From the NCBI GenBank assembly GCA_964467905.1, contig CAYXSY010000003.1, positions 30,159-94,158 of the forward strand: 64,000 nt of DNA, in the 5' to 3' direction. Shown piece after piece: positions 1-8,961 of this stretch. The position numbers and the translations under genes are program-made. Below the pieces are notes generated by a model, which was not told the DNA's origin, made no database searches, and saw only the letters and a program-made list of their open reading frames with translations. This stretch comes from an uncultured Planctomycetales bacterium. Lineage in GTDB: Bacteria; Omnitrophota; Gorgyraeia; Gygaellales; Profunditerraquicolaceae. Numbering within the stretch: the stretch's first letter is position 1; each line of letters starts with the position of its first letter.

Positions 1-1
1 G

Positions 2-574
2 AAAGCGCTGAAGTGGCTCAAGGCGCATTTGCCTAAAAAGACCAAAATAAAACCAATCTGTGCTGATAAAGATGCGGTTTATTCCCAAGTGCTCGAATAT
101 AATATTTCAAAACTAACACCCATGGTTTCTTCTCCGCATCAGGTAGACAATGCCGTAGAAATAACGAAATTAAAGAATGTTAAGATACAGGAGGCATTTT
201 TAGGTACTTGCACTAATGGGCGTCTCGCAGATTTAAAGGTTGCTGCCGGGATTTTAAAAGGTAAAAGAGTTGATAAGGATGTTAAATTTATTGTCGCACC
301 AGCTTCAAGGAAGATATATTTAGAAGCACTAAAGAAAGGCTATATAGATACGTTTATTAAGGCGGGAGGGGTAATCGTCTCGGCCGGATGCGGTCCGTGC
401 GTAGGCACACATTGCGGTGTGCCTGCCGACGGAGAAAATGTTATATCAACTGCTAACAGGAACTTTAAGGGCAGGATGGGTAATCCCAACGCTTTTATTT
501 ATCTGGCTTCACCGGCTTCTGTTGCGGCTTCGGCAATCGAGGGCAGGATTGCTGATCCAAGAAAGTATTTATAA
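2..574 (+). CDS. leuC: aconitase-family dehydratase large subunit (LeuC/homoaconitase type), C-terminal part; 5' end lies upstream of the window
   Basis: Reading frame is open from nt 2 to the window edge. C-terminal aconitase-family motifs are present (GTCTNGR, SAGCGPC, NRNFKGRMG). A matching small-subunit gene lies downstream at 1660. Confidence 0.6.
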   Translation, partial: KALKWLKAHLPKKTKIKPICADKDAVYSQVLEYNISKLTPMVSSPHQVDNAVEITKLKNVKIQEAFLGTCTNGRLADLKVAAGILKGKRVDKDVKFIVAPASRKIYLEALKKGYIDTFIKAGGVIVSAGCGPCVGTHCGVPADGENVISTANRNFKGRMGNPNAFIYLASPASVAASAIEGRIADPRKYL

Positions 575-594
575 AATCCAAGGAGGAGGATTGT

Positions 595-1641
595 ATGGAG
601 ATACGCGATTTACTGCTGCTGTGCGTTAGCAATAAAGCGTCTGATTTGCACTTAACGGAAAATGAGCCTCCTATTTTGCGTATCGACGGGAGATTGCAGA
701 GAACCGAACATGAAGTATTAGATAGGCAGACCCTTAAGAAGATGATATATGGGATCCTGACTAATAATCAGAAAGAAATATTCGAGCGTGACCTGGAGCT
801 CGATTTTTCTTTAGCGCTTCCTGATATGGATAGGTTCAGGGTTAATGTTCATATACAGAAAGGTTCGGTTGAAGCAGCATTCAGGCGTGTCCCTTTGACT
901 ATACCTACTATAAAAGATTTAGGACTTCCTCCGATTGCTTCGGAGCTGGCACGCAAACCTAACGGTTTAGTTTTAGTCACCGGTCCTACCGGGGTAGGCA
1001 AGACAACGACTTTAGCTTCAATCGTAGATTTGATAAATAAGGAAAGAGAGTGCCTTGTAATTTCTATTGAAGATCCCGTGGAATTTATTTTTACTAACAA
1101 TAAAAGTGTTATTAAACAAAGAGAAGTTTATGCCGATACCAGGTCATTTGCCGAGGCCTTAAGGCATACCTTAAGACAAGATCCGAATGTTATAGTAGTA
1201 GGTGAGATGCGTGATTTAGAGACAATATCAACCGCTCTTACTGCTGCTGAAACCGGGCATTTGGTATTGGCTACACTACATACTCCTGACGCGCCTCAGA
1301 CTATTGCAAGGATTATAGACGTGTTTCCTCCTTACCAGCAGCAACAGGTAAGATTACAGTTGGCAGACTGTTTACAGGTTGTTATGTCGCAGCTTTTATT
1401 GCCTCATGCAAGTGGCAAGGGGCGAGTTTTGGCTACCGAGGTTATGGTTGCTACCCCCGGTATAAGGAATCTTATTCGTGAGCAGGAGATAGAACAAATA
1501 CCTACTCTTATGCAAACAGGAAGTCAGTTCGGTATGAAGACTATGGATAAGTGCTTAAAGGAACTATTTGATACCGGAGCAATATCTATGGAAACTGCTT
1601 TGGCTAAAGCAAAAAGCAGCGAAGAATTCAAGCGTTTATAG
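595..1641 (+). CDS. pilT: type IV pilus retraction ATPase PilT (twitching motility)
   Basis: 348 aa. Walker A GPTGVGKTT. PilT-family N-terminus (DLHL..EPP..RIDG) and an Asp/His-box region. RBS AGGAGGA upstream. Confidence 0.85.
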   Translation: MEIRDLLLLCVSNKASDLHLTENEPPILRIDGRLQRTEHEVLDRQTLKKMIYGILTNNQKEIFERDLELDFSLALPDMDRFRVNVHIQKGSVEAAFRRVPLTIPTIKDLGLPPIASELARKPNGLVLVTGPTGVGKTTTLASIVDLINKERECLVISIEDPVEFIFTNNKSVIKQREVYADTRSFAEALRHTLRQDPNVIVVGEMRDLETISTALTAAETGHLVLATLHTPDAPQTIARIIDVFPPYQQQQVRLQLADCLQVVMSQLLLPHASGKGRVLATEVMVATPGIRNLIREQEIEQIPTLMQTGSQFGMKTMDKCLKELFDTGAISMETALAKAKSSEEFKRL

Positions 1642-1659
1642 GGATAATTCCTACAGATT

Positions 1660-2163
1660 ATGAAACTTCAAGGCAAAGCTATAAAATTAGGCGACAATAT
1701 TAACACCGATTTTATCATTTCCGGGCGTTATAAATTTTCCATTACAGATATGAAGGAATTGGCAAAACATATAATGGAGGATATCGACCCGGAATTCCCA
1801 AAAAAGATAGAACCGGGTAAATCTGTTATTGTTGCCGGCAACAACTTTGGAATGGGGTCTTCCCGCGAGCAGGCCCCGCTTGTAATAAAAGAGTCGGGAA
1901 TTGTCGCTATCCTGGCAAAATCTTTTGCCCGCATATTCTACCGCAACTGTTTTAATATAGGATTGCCTTTGATTGAAATAGATACCGATCAAATAGGCGA
2001 GAACGACATCATCGATATTGATTTGGACGCAGGGATAGTGATGAATTCTACCAAAGGCAAAGAATATAAAATTAAGGCTTTCCCCAAATTTATGCAGGAA
2101 ATCCTTTCGTCGGGAGGGATAGTGAATTATTACCTTAAAAACGGTCACCTCCCGCAAATCTAA
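1660..2163 (+). CDS. leuD: 3-isopropylmalate/homoaconitate dehydratase small subunit (short LeuD type)
   Basis: 167 aa. LeuD-like GDNIDTD-type motif (GDNINTDFII) and GxNFGxGSSRE motif (GNNFGMGSSREQAP). Confidence 0.65.
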   Translation: MKLQGKAIKLGDNINTDFIISGRYKFSITDMKELAKHIMEDIDPEFPKKIEPGKSVIVAGNNFGMGSSREQAPLVIKESGIVAILAKSFARIFYRNCFNIGLPLIEIDTDQIGENDIIDIDLDAGIVMNSTKGKEYKIKAFPKFMQEILSSGGIVNYYLKNGHLPQI

Positions 2164-2170
2164 AATTATT

Positions 2171-3259
2171 ATGAAAAAATATAACATAACTCTCATACCC
2201 GGAGATGGTATAGGCCCGGAAGTTTCTTCATCGGCTAAAGCGTGCGTAGAGGCAACTGGTATTAACGTAGAATGGGATGAAGTTTTAGCCGGTTCGGATG
2301 CCTTAGAACAAAAGAAGAGCCTCCTGCCGCAAGAGACACTGGCTTCTATAAGAAAAAATAAGGTAGCACTTAAGGGCCCATTGGTTACGCCGATTGGCGA
2401 AGGTTTTCGTTCGGTAAATGTCGCTATACGCCAAGCCCTGGATTTATTCGCCTGCGTACGTCCGGCTAAGACTTATGAGGGAGTGCGTAGTTTATATAAA
2501 AACATTGATCTTGTAATAGTCCGTGAAAATAGCGAGGATTTATATGCAGGGATTGAGTTTGAATCCGGCAAGCCGCAAACACTAGAACTTATAGATCAGA
2601 TTGAAAAGTCTACCAATAAAAAAATAAGGAGAGATTCGGGTATTTCAATAAAACCTATATCTGAATTTGCTTCAAAGAGAATTGTAAAGTATGCTTTTGA
2701 CTATGCACTAAAGAATTCCCGTAAGAAAGTTACCGTAGTCCATAAGGCCAATATTATGAAATTTACCGACGGATTATTTCTAAAAACTGCCCGGGAAGTA
2801 GCAAAGGAGTATGACGGAAAGATTATTTTTGAAGAAGCTATAGTCGATAATATGTCAATGCAGCTTGTGCAGAGGCCTCACGATTATGATGTACTTGTAT
2901 TGCCTAATCTCTACGGCGATGTTATATCGGATCTTTGCGCGGGGTTAGTCGGGGGTTTAGGAATTGCCCCTGGGGCTAACATCGGTGATGGTATCGCAGT
3001 ATTTGAAGCAGTTCATGGCTCTGCTCCGAAATACAAAGGTTTGAATAAGGTCAATCCCACAGCAATGATATTATCGGCGGTTTTGATGTTGCGTTATCTG
3101 GGGGAGTCTCAAGCTGCGGACAAAATCGAAAAAGCGGTGCAAGAAGTTATTAGAGAAGGCAAGTTTGTCACTTACGATCTTAAACCCAACCGTTTGGATC
3201 CTACTAGCGTTGGTACAAAAGAAATGACCAAGGCTATCGTAGATAAAATCATTAGATAA
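2171..3259 (+). CDS. NAD-dependent isocitrate/isopropylmalate dehydrogenase family enzyme (closest to the NAD-IDH/homoisocitrate DH pattern)
   Basis: 362 aa. Motifs LIPGDGIGPEV, GPLVTPIGEGFRSVNVAIRQALDLFACVRP and NLYGDVISDL. Confidence 0.65.
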   Translation: MKKYNITLIPGDGIGPEVSSSAKACVEATGINVEWDEVLAGSDALEQKKSLLPQETLASIRKNKVALKGPLVTPIGEGFRSVNVAIRQALDLFACVRPAKTYEGVRSLYKNIDLVIVRENSEDLYAGIEFESGKPQTLELIDQIEKSTNKKIRRDSGISIKPISEFASKRIVKYAFDYALKNSRKKVTVVHKANIMKFTDGLFLKTAREVAKEYDGKIIFEEAIVDNMSMQLVQRPHDYDVLVLPNLYGDVISDLCAGLVGGLGIAPGANIGDGIAVFEAVHGSAPKYKGLNKVNPTAMILSAVLMLRYLGESQAADKIEKAVQEVIREGKFVTYDLKPNRLDPTSVGTKEMTKAIVDKIIR

Positions 3260-3284
3260 TTATTTTTACATCAGAAAAGTAAGT

Positions 3285-4208
3285 ATGAGCAGAAAGATAT
3301 CTATATTGGGCGCGGGAAATGTCGGCAGTCTTTGTGCTATGCGCATAGCCGAAGAATTTGCTTGCGATTTGGTTTTAATTGATATTGCTTCCGGAATAGC
3401 AAAAGGCAAGGCTTTGGATCTGGACGATGCGCGTAACATACGTAAAATAAGCTATAGTATAACCGGCAGTGCCGATATATCCCTGATTAAAGATTCTGAA
3501 ATCGTAGTCATTACCGCAGGCCTCACCCGTAAGCCCGGGATGCAGCGAGAGGAGCTTATACAGAAGAACGCCTCAATAGTCAAGGAATTGTGTCTTTCAA
3601 TAAAAAAACTTTCTCCAGAGGCGATTGTAATAATAGTTACCAACCCGCTGGATTTGATGACTTACCACGCTTTAAAAACCTTAGGTTTTAAGCCGAATAG
3701 AGTTTTTGGTATGGGTCCGACATTAGACGGCTCTCGATTTGCTAATCTTATCTCTGAAGAGCTTAAGATTCCGCCAGGTGAAGTCGATGCTATGGTAATA
3801 GGCAGTCATGGTGAAGGGATGATGCCGTTGCCTAATTTCACGACCATAAAGGGCTTGCCGTTAGAGCAATTTATGGATGAAAAAAGAATAGCAGAGACAG
3901 TTGATAGGACTATCGGACGCGGTCAGGAAATCGTATCGCTTTTAGGAAGCGGGAGCGCTTTTTTTGCGCCTTCCGCAGCGGTGGCCGAATTAGTAAGAGC
4001 AATTCTTAAAGATCAGAAGCGTACGCTAGCGGTATCTGCGTATATAGACGGCCAATATAAGTTAAGTGATGTGTGCATAGGGGCCCCCTGTAGAATCGGT
4101 TCATCAGGAATCGAGCAGGTTATTGAGCTATCCTTGGAGGATACACAATCCCAGGTACTTTTGAAATCAGCAGCACGCCTTAAGGAATTAGCTCTGAAAT
4201 ATTTATAG
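3285..4208 (+). CDS. mdh: malate/L-lactate dehydrogenase (LDH/MDH family)
   Basis: 307 aa. N-terminal Rossmann motif ILGAGNVGS. Motifs ITAGLTRKPGMQR and VTNPLD. Catalytic His is in a GSHGEGM context. Confidence 0.7.
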   Translation: MSRKISILGAGNVGSLCAMRIAEEFACDLVLIDIASGIAKGKALDLDDARNIRKISYSITGSADISLIKDSEIVVITAGLTRKPGMQREELIQKNASIVKELCLSIKKLSPEAIVIIVTNPLDLMTYHALKTLGFKPNRVFGMGPTLDGSRFANLISEELKIPPGEVDAMVIGSHGEGMMPLPNFTTIKGLPLEQFMDEKRIAETVDRTIGRGQEIVSLLGSGSAFFAPSAAVAELVRAILKDQKRTLAVSAYIDGQYKLSDVCIGAPCRIGSSGIEQVIELSLEDTQSQVLLKSAARLKELALKYL

Positions 4209-4216
4209 ATATCCTT

Positions 4217-5530
4217 ATGGATTATAACCTAATAGTTTTAGGTGCAGGATGGGCAGGTTTCAACGCCGCTTTAATGGCAAAAAGATTTGGCTTAAAAGTT
4301 GCTATTTTAGAGGCAGAGAGCCTAGGTGGCACATGCTTAAATAGAGGGTGCATACCTACAAAAGCCTTGCTGCATAGTTCTAAGCTGTATTCTTCCTATC
4401 AAAAGTCATCTGAATTCGGCATACAGAATTCATCCCAGCCAAAAGTAGATTTTCCTGCAATACAACAGAGAAAAAATAAAGTAGTTTCCGGGCTTGCTTC
4501 GGGGATGCAGCATCTCTTATCAGGCATTGATTTTATCAAAGGATACGCCGAGCTTAGTTCCGAAACCAGCGTTAAGGTAGACGGTAAGCAGCTTACTTCA
4601 AATTTTATTCTAATAGCTACAGGGGCGCATCCCAGTGAACTTCCTTCATTAAGATTTGATAAAAATAAAGTTTTATCCAGCGACGAACTCTTAAATATAG
4701 AAACTATTCCGGATAAGCTTCTTATAATCGGCGGAGGTTTTATCGGATGTGAATTCGCCAGCCTATTTTCTGCTTTTGGTAGTAAGGTTGAGATAATCGA
4801 GAAAACACCGCAGCTTATTCCGGGAGAGGACGAAGAAGTCGCGAGAAAGCTGCAGAATATTTTCAAGAAAAAAGGTATTAAGGTGAATTTATCTGCCGAT
4901 TTATCTTCTTTTGATATTTCTGCATACGACAAGATTTTGGTTTCCGTCGGCAGGAGCCCGTTCATAAAAGGCTTAGGCCTGGAAAAGCTGGGGGTAGCTT
5001 TGAATGACAAGAAGGCCATAGTTGTCGATATTTACGGTAAGACAAATATCGAATCTATTTATGCAGCCGGAGATTGTACTGCTAAAATTATGCTTGCGCA
5101 TTATGCGGCTTATCAGGGTATTATTGCTGCAGAAAACATAGCTGCTTCAGAAAATAAGAAAGAGATGGATAATCAGGTTGTTCCGGTATGTATTTTTACC
5201 GATCCTGAGATTGCCAGCGTAGGCATGCGTGAAGCAGAAGCACGCAAGAATGGTATAGATATAGCTATTTACAAATTTGATTTCCGTGGTTTAGGTATGG
5301 CCCACATTATTGCCGAAACGGACGGTTTTATAAAGGTAATTTCTGAGGCAGAAAGTGGGTATATCTTAGGAGCTTTTATTATCGGCCCCCGGGTAACCGA
5401 ACTGATTGGCCTATTTTCGTTGGCAATCAGGGGAAAGCTTAAGATATCCCAATTAAGAGATACTATTTTTGCCCATCCTACTATATCAGAATGCATCCCC
5501 GAAGCAGTTCATAAAGAATATCCATTTTAA
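4217..5530 (+). CDS. lpdA: dihydrolipoyl dehydrogenase (E3)
   Basis: 437 aa. FAD motif GAGWAGF. Redox-active disulfide GGTCLNRGCIPTK. Second Rossmann motif GGGFIGCEF. C-terminal HAHPT. Confidence 0.8.
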   Translation: MDYNLIVLGAGWAGFNAALMAKRFGLKVAILEAESLGGTCLNRGCIPTKALLHSSKLYSSYQKSSEFGIQNSSQPKVDFPAIQQRKNKVVSGLASGMQHLLSGIDFIKGYAELSSETSVKVDGKQLTSNFILIATGAHPSELPSLRFDKNKVLSSDELLNIETIPDKLLIIGGGFIGCEFASLFSAFGSKVEIIEKTPQLIPGEDEEVARKLQNIFKKKGIKVNLSADLSSFDISAYDKILVSVGRSPFIKGLGLEKLGVALNDKKAIVVDIYGKTNIESIYAAGDCTAKIMLAHYAAYQGIIAAENIAASENKKEMDNQVVPVCIFTDPEIASVGMREAEARKNGIDIAIYKFDFRGLGMAHIIAETDGFIKVISEAESGYILGAFIIGPRVTELIGLFSLAIRGKLKISQLRDTIFAHPTISECIPEAVHKEYPF

Positions 5531-5569
5531 TAAACTTTTATCTTTGACTCAGATAATAAAGGAGGCTCT

Positions 5570-5806
5570 ATGTATAAGGTAATTCTACCGCCCCTCGGAG
5601 AAAATATTGAACAGGCCACAGTCTCGTATTGGTATTTTAAGAAAGGCGATAGGGTGAGGCTTAATGATGATTTAGTGGAACTATCCACTGATAAAGCAAC
5701 TTTTAATTTACCAAGCCCGGCGGCAGGCCTTATTGAAGAACTGTTTGTTAATGAAGGCGATACCGTTAAGGTCGGCGATGTATTGGCTTCTATAATTGAA
5801 GGGTGA
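5570..5806 (+). CDS. stand-alone lipoyl/biotinyl attachment domain protein
   Basis: 78 aa. Lipoyl-lysine context LSTDKATFNLPSPAAGLIEE, which is ETDKA-like. Confidence 0.5.
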   Translation: MYKVILPPLGENIEQATVSYWYFKKGDRVRLNDDLVELSTDKATFNLPSPAAGLIEELFVNEGDTVKVGDVLASIIEG

Positions 5807-6813
5807 TAATGATTAACCTGGGTTCGTTGAGGCTAAATTCAAAATTTATACTGGCTCCTATGGCCGGGGTAAGCGATTTGCCGTTTCGTATGCTTAACAG
5901 GGAATTCGGGGCGGAGCTTGCATTTGTCGAGATGATTAATTGTCGTTCGGTAAGTTATAACAGCAAAAAAACCAGGCAAATGCTTTCGACGCAGGATAAT
6001 GATAGGCCATTGGGTATCCAAATATTGGGCTCTGAGCCGAAATTTATAAGAAAGGCCTTGGACGTAATAAACACCTATGATTTTCAGCTTTTGGATTTTA
6101 ATGCCGCATGTCCAGCCAAGAAGGTTGTGCGCAGAAATGAAGGCGCTTCGCTTTTAAGAGATCCCAAGAAGCTTGATGAGATACTAAAGATAGTAGTAAG
6201 ATATTCTAAGGTTCCGGTTACTATCAAGATACGTTCGGGATGGGATAGAAATTCAATAAATGCCCCTGAAATTGCCAAGTTAGCTCAAGATTGTGGGGTT
6301 AGCGCTGTATTCTTGCATGGACGCACGAGGATGGATGGCTATAAGGGCGGGGTTGATTACGAAGTTATACGCAAAACAAAGGAATCAATTCATATTCCCC
6401 TTGTAGCTGGCGGAGATCTGATGTCTGTTGCTTCAGCGGTTAAGATGTTTGAGTATACAGGATGCGATCTCTTAAATATAGCAAGAGGCGCTTTGGGGAA
6501 TCCGTGGATTTTTAGAGAGTTAGAGTCTTTATCTTCATATCTACCATCGCAAAGTTATCCTTCAAGCGATGAAATATGCCGGGTTATGCGCAAGCATTTA
6601 GATATGTGCGTTAATTTTTATGGCGAAAAAATAGGCGTAGTTAATTTCCGTAAATTCTTTGGTTGGTATACTAAAGGTTTTAGAAGGGTGCGTTCTTTAA
6701 GAGAGAAGTCTTCTGTAGCTAAGACTAAAGAAGCCATGTTTTCTTTAATAGATGAGTGCGTTATGAATGAAGCAACAAAAAAACCCCATCTTCCTGGGGT
6801 TTTTTGTAGGTGA
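5803..6813 (+). CDS. dusB: tRNA-dihydrouridine synthase
   Basis: 336 aa. Motifs LAPMAGVSDLPFR and D.N..CP. TIM-barrel Dus family pattern. Confidence 0.8.
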   Translation: MIMINLGSLRLNSKFILAPMAGVSDLPFRMLNREFGAELAFVEMINCRSVSYNSKKTRQMLSTQDNDRPLGIQILGSEPKFIRKALDVINTYDFQLLDFNAACPAKKVVRRNEGASLLRDPKKLDEILKIVVRYSKVPVTIKIRSGWDRNSINAPEIAKLAQDCGVSAVFLHGRTRMDGYKGGVDYEVIRKTKESIHIPLVAGGDLMSVASAVKMFEYTGCDLLNIARGALGNPWIFRELESLSSYLPSQSYPSSDEICRVMRKHLDMCVNFYGEKIGVVNFRKFFGWYTKGFRRVRSLREKSSVAKTKEAMFSLIDECVMNEATKKPHLPGVFCR

Positions 6814-6919
6814 TAGGCCTTAATAGCTTTCGCTATCTGGCTACCTCCTTTGTTCTGTAATAAAAGTATGCCATATGGCTGAGCGTTTGTCAAGATGCCC
6901 AAAAATAAAAGAGGGGAAG

Positions 6920-7390
6920 ATGATTAAGAAGATAGCTCTGTTTTGTCTTATATTTATTATGCTGCATTCTTTTGCTTTTTGTGAAGTGTCGGTTAAGGCG
7001 GACGTCGATAAGCTTAAGGTTACTACCGATGAAGATATAACCTATAAAGTTACCGTTGTAAATTCGGGTAAGATTGTGCCTAAAATTAAGTTTCCCAAGT
7101 TTGAAGGTTTTAAGGTCGTATCGCAAGCTCAATCTTCGACGATATCTTTTGTAAAATCTAATGTAGAGACCATTCTCATTTATGCCTATATCCTTAGGCC
7201 TTTGGCTGCAGGTAAATATACAATTGGTCCTGTAGAGGCAGTAAATAATAATAAGACATATAAAAGTGATTCTTTTGAAATCGAAGTCTCACAAGGAAGC
7301 TCTTCGGACAGAAATACTCAAACTACCCCAGGGCTTAAGAAAAATCCATCTTTTGAGGGCAAGGAGGATAAGGATAAAATTACTCTCTAA
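6920..7390 (+). CDS. secreted protein with BatD-like N-terminal domain (weak assignment)
   Basis: Signal peptide MIKKIALFCLIFIMLHSFAF starts at the internal Met. The beta-rich domain is loosely BatD-like. The annotated upstream start at 6875 is less likely. Confidence 0.3.
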   Translation: MIKKIALFCLIFIMLHSFAFCEVSVKADVDKLKVTTDEDITYKVTVVNSGKIVPKIKFPKFEGFKVVSQAQSSTISFVKSNVETILIYAYILRPLAAGKYTIGPVEAVNNNKTYKSDSFEIEVSQGSSSDRNTQTTPGLKKNPSFEGKEDKDKITL

Positions 7391-7398
7391 TTTTACTG

Positions 7399-7427
7399 CG
7401 GCGCTTCCTTGACAATAAGTGCTCTAT
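7399..7427 (+). promoter_or_regulatory. sigma-70-like promoter, TTGACA-17-TATACT, upstream of cvpA
   Basis: Exact -35 hexamer at 7399-7404, 17-nt spacer, and TATACT at 7422-7427. Read directly from sequence. Confidence 0.5.
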
Positions 7428-7475
7428 ATGTTATACTTTTACAAATTTACATTACTATAAGGGAATAATATAGTT

Positions 7476-8051
7476 ATGAACGCAATAAAAGAGTTTAACT
7501 GGGTTGATGTATTAATTATAGCCCTTTTATTCAGAGTTTTATACGTTGCCGTGAAAAAAGGCTTTATTGTAGAGCTTTTTAAACTTCTCGGCACGCTTGT
7601 GGCTTTATATTTATCTTTACACTATTATGTCCAGCTTTCCGGCTTGCTTGTTAATTCTCCCGGGGTGCAAAATATGCCTGTTGAATTTGTTAATTTTCTT
7701 TCGTTCTCTTTTCTTGCCGGTATAGGATATGCGTTGTTTATGCTTTTGAGGCAAACAATATGCCACTTGTTAAAGATAGAAGCGTTAACTCAACTTGATA
7801 GGTGGGGAGGTTTGATTCTCGGCGTAGGAAGAGGGTTTTTATTGGTCGTGTTAATTTCATATCTCTTATTAATCTCTTCCATAGGGTACTTGGGCAGAAG
7901 CGTTTATAAGTCTTATCTCGGTAGCCGTTTCTTAAAAGCGGCTCCGGCAGTCTATTCTTTTCTTTGGAACGGAATTATGTCTAAATTTATGGGATCTGAG
8001 AAGATTAACCAGGCAGTTCAGGAAAATCTTGATAAGGAAGCGGCCAGATGA
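7476..8051 (+). CDS. cvpA: CvpA-family membrane protein (colicin V production protein family)
   Basis: 191 aa with four predicted TM helices. N-terminal NWVDVLIIALL pattern typical of CvpA. Confidence 0.6.
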   Translation: MNAIKEFNWVDVLIIALLFRVLYVAVKKGFIVELFKLLGTLVALYLSLHYYVQLSGLLVNSPGVQNMPVEFVNFLSFSFLAGIGYALFMLLRQTICHLLKIEALTQLDRWGGLILGVGRGFLLVVLISYLLLISSIGYLGRSVYKSYLGSRFLKAAPAVYSFLWNGIMSKFMGSEKINQAVQENLDKEAAR

Positions 8052-8926
8052 AACTCGGTGATTTTTATAATTGTGTGGTTAAATTTGGCAGTCGTCTTGA
8101 TGTCAGGGGGCCGAATAAAAAGATAAATTATTTTCCTGACACAGCTTTATTACACGGTGACCCCGATATAAACGTAAAGAAAATTCTTATCGGCATTGAC
8201 ATGGAAGTCCCGGAAATTATCCTTGCTGAGTCTATACGCAACCGTGAGGGCCTTGATTTGGTTATCTCGCATCATCCCGAAGGCAGAGCCTATGCTTCGT
8301 TATATGAAGTTATGAGCCTCCAGATTGATATGTTAGCCAAGGCAGGCTTAGCTAAAAAGGTGGCCCAGGAGTTATTGGAGATACGCATGAGAGAAGTTGA
8401 GCGCAGGGTTTTACCGCAGAATCATATGCGTTCCGTAGATGCAGCGCGTATATTAAATATGCCTTATATGTGTATGCATACTCCGGCAGACAATCATGTT
8501 TCGGATTTTCTCACCAAGTTTATAAATAGGAATAAGCCGGATCGTCTTTGTGATTTGATAGTTTTATTATTACAGATGCCTGAATATCGCGATGCCCAGA
8601 GCTATGGATGCGCTCCGCGCATAATACTGGGTAACCCCAATAAAAAAGTAGGTAAGGTTTTCATGGAGATGACGGGAGGCACCGAGGGGTCGAAGGACGT
8701 ATATAGTAAATTATATAAAGCCGGAATAAGAACTTTATTATGTATGCATTTAAGCGAAGAGCATTTAAAGAAAGCTGCCGATGCCAATCTCAACGTGGTT
8801 ATAGCCGGTCATATCTCTTCAGATACGCTGGGTATCAATTTACTTCTTGATAAAATCGAAGATGAGGCAGGAGAAGCATTCGAGGTTATCAACTGTTCAG
8901 GATTCCGCAGGTTTAAAAGAAATTAA
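8048..8926 (+). CDS. Nif3-like dinuclear metal-centre protein (tentative)
   Basis: 292 aa. HHPE motif near residue 75 and a C-terminal GHxxSD/E segment, consistent with the Nif3/YqfO fold. Uncertain. Confidence 0.4.
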   Translation: MKLGDFYNCVVKFGSRLDVRGPNKKINYFPDTALLHGDPDINVKKILIGIDMEVPEIILAESIRNREGLDLVISHHPEGRAYASLYEVMSLQIDMLAKAGLAKKVAQELLEIRMREVERRVLPQNHMRSVDAARILNMPYMCMHTPADNHVSDFLTKFINRNKPDRLCDLIVLLLQMPEYRDAQSYGCAPRIILGNPNKKVGKVFMEMTGGTEGSKDVYSKLYKAGIRTLLCMHLSEEHLKKAADANLNVVIAGHISSDTLGINLLLDKIEDEAGEAFEVINCSGFRRFKRN

Positions 8927-8961
8927 AAATTTTATTAAAATCTGAAAGCGTTTTCAAAACG

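Noticed and set aside
417-629. 70-aa + strand ORF overlapping the end of leuC in another frame
   Set aside because: Entirely within the aconitase-family gene. No RBS. Composition typical of an out-of-frame read.
1687-2196. 169-aa minus-strand ORF antisense to leuD (also 849-1100 and 1728-1934 minus-strand ORFs)
   Set aside because: Antisense to well-supported conserved genes. No motifs. Typical AT-rich spurious ORFs.
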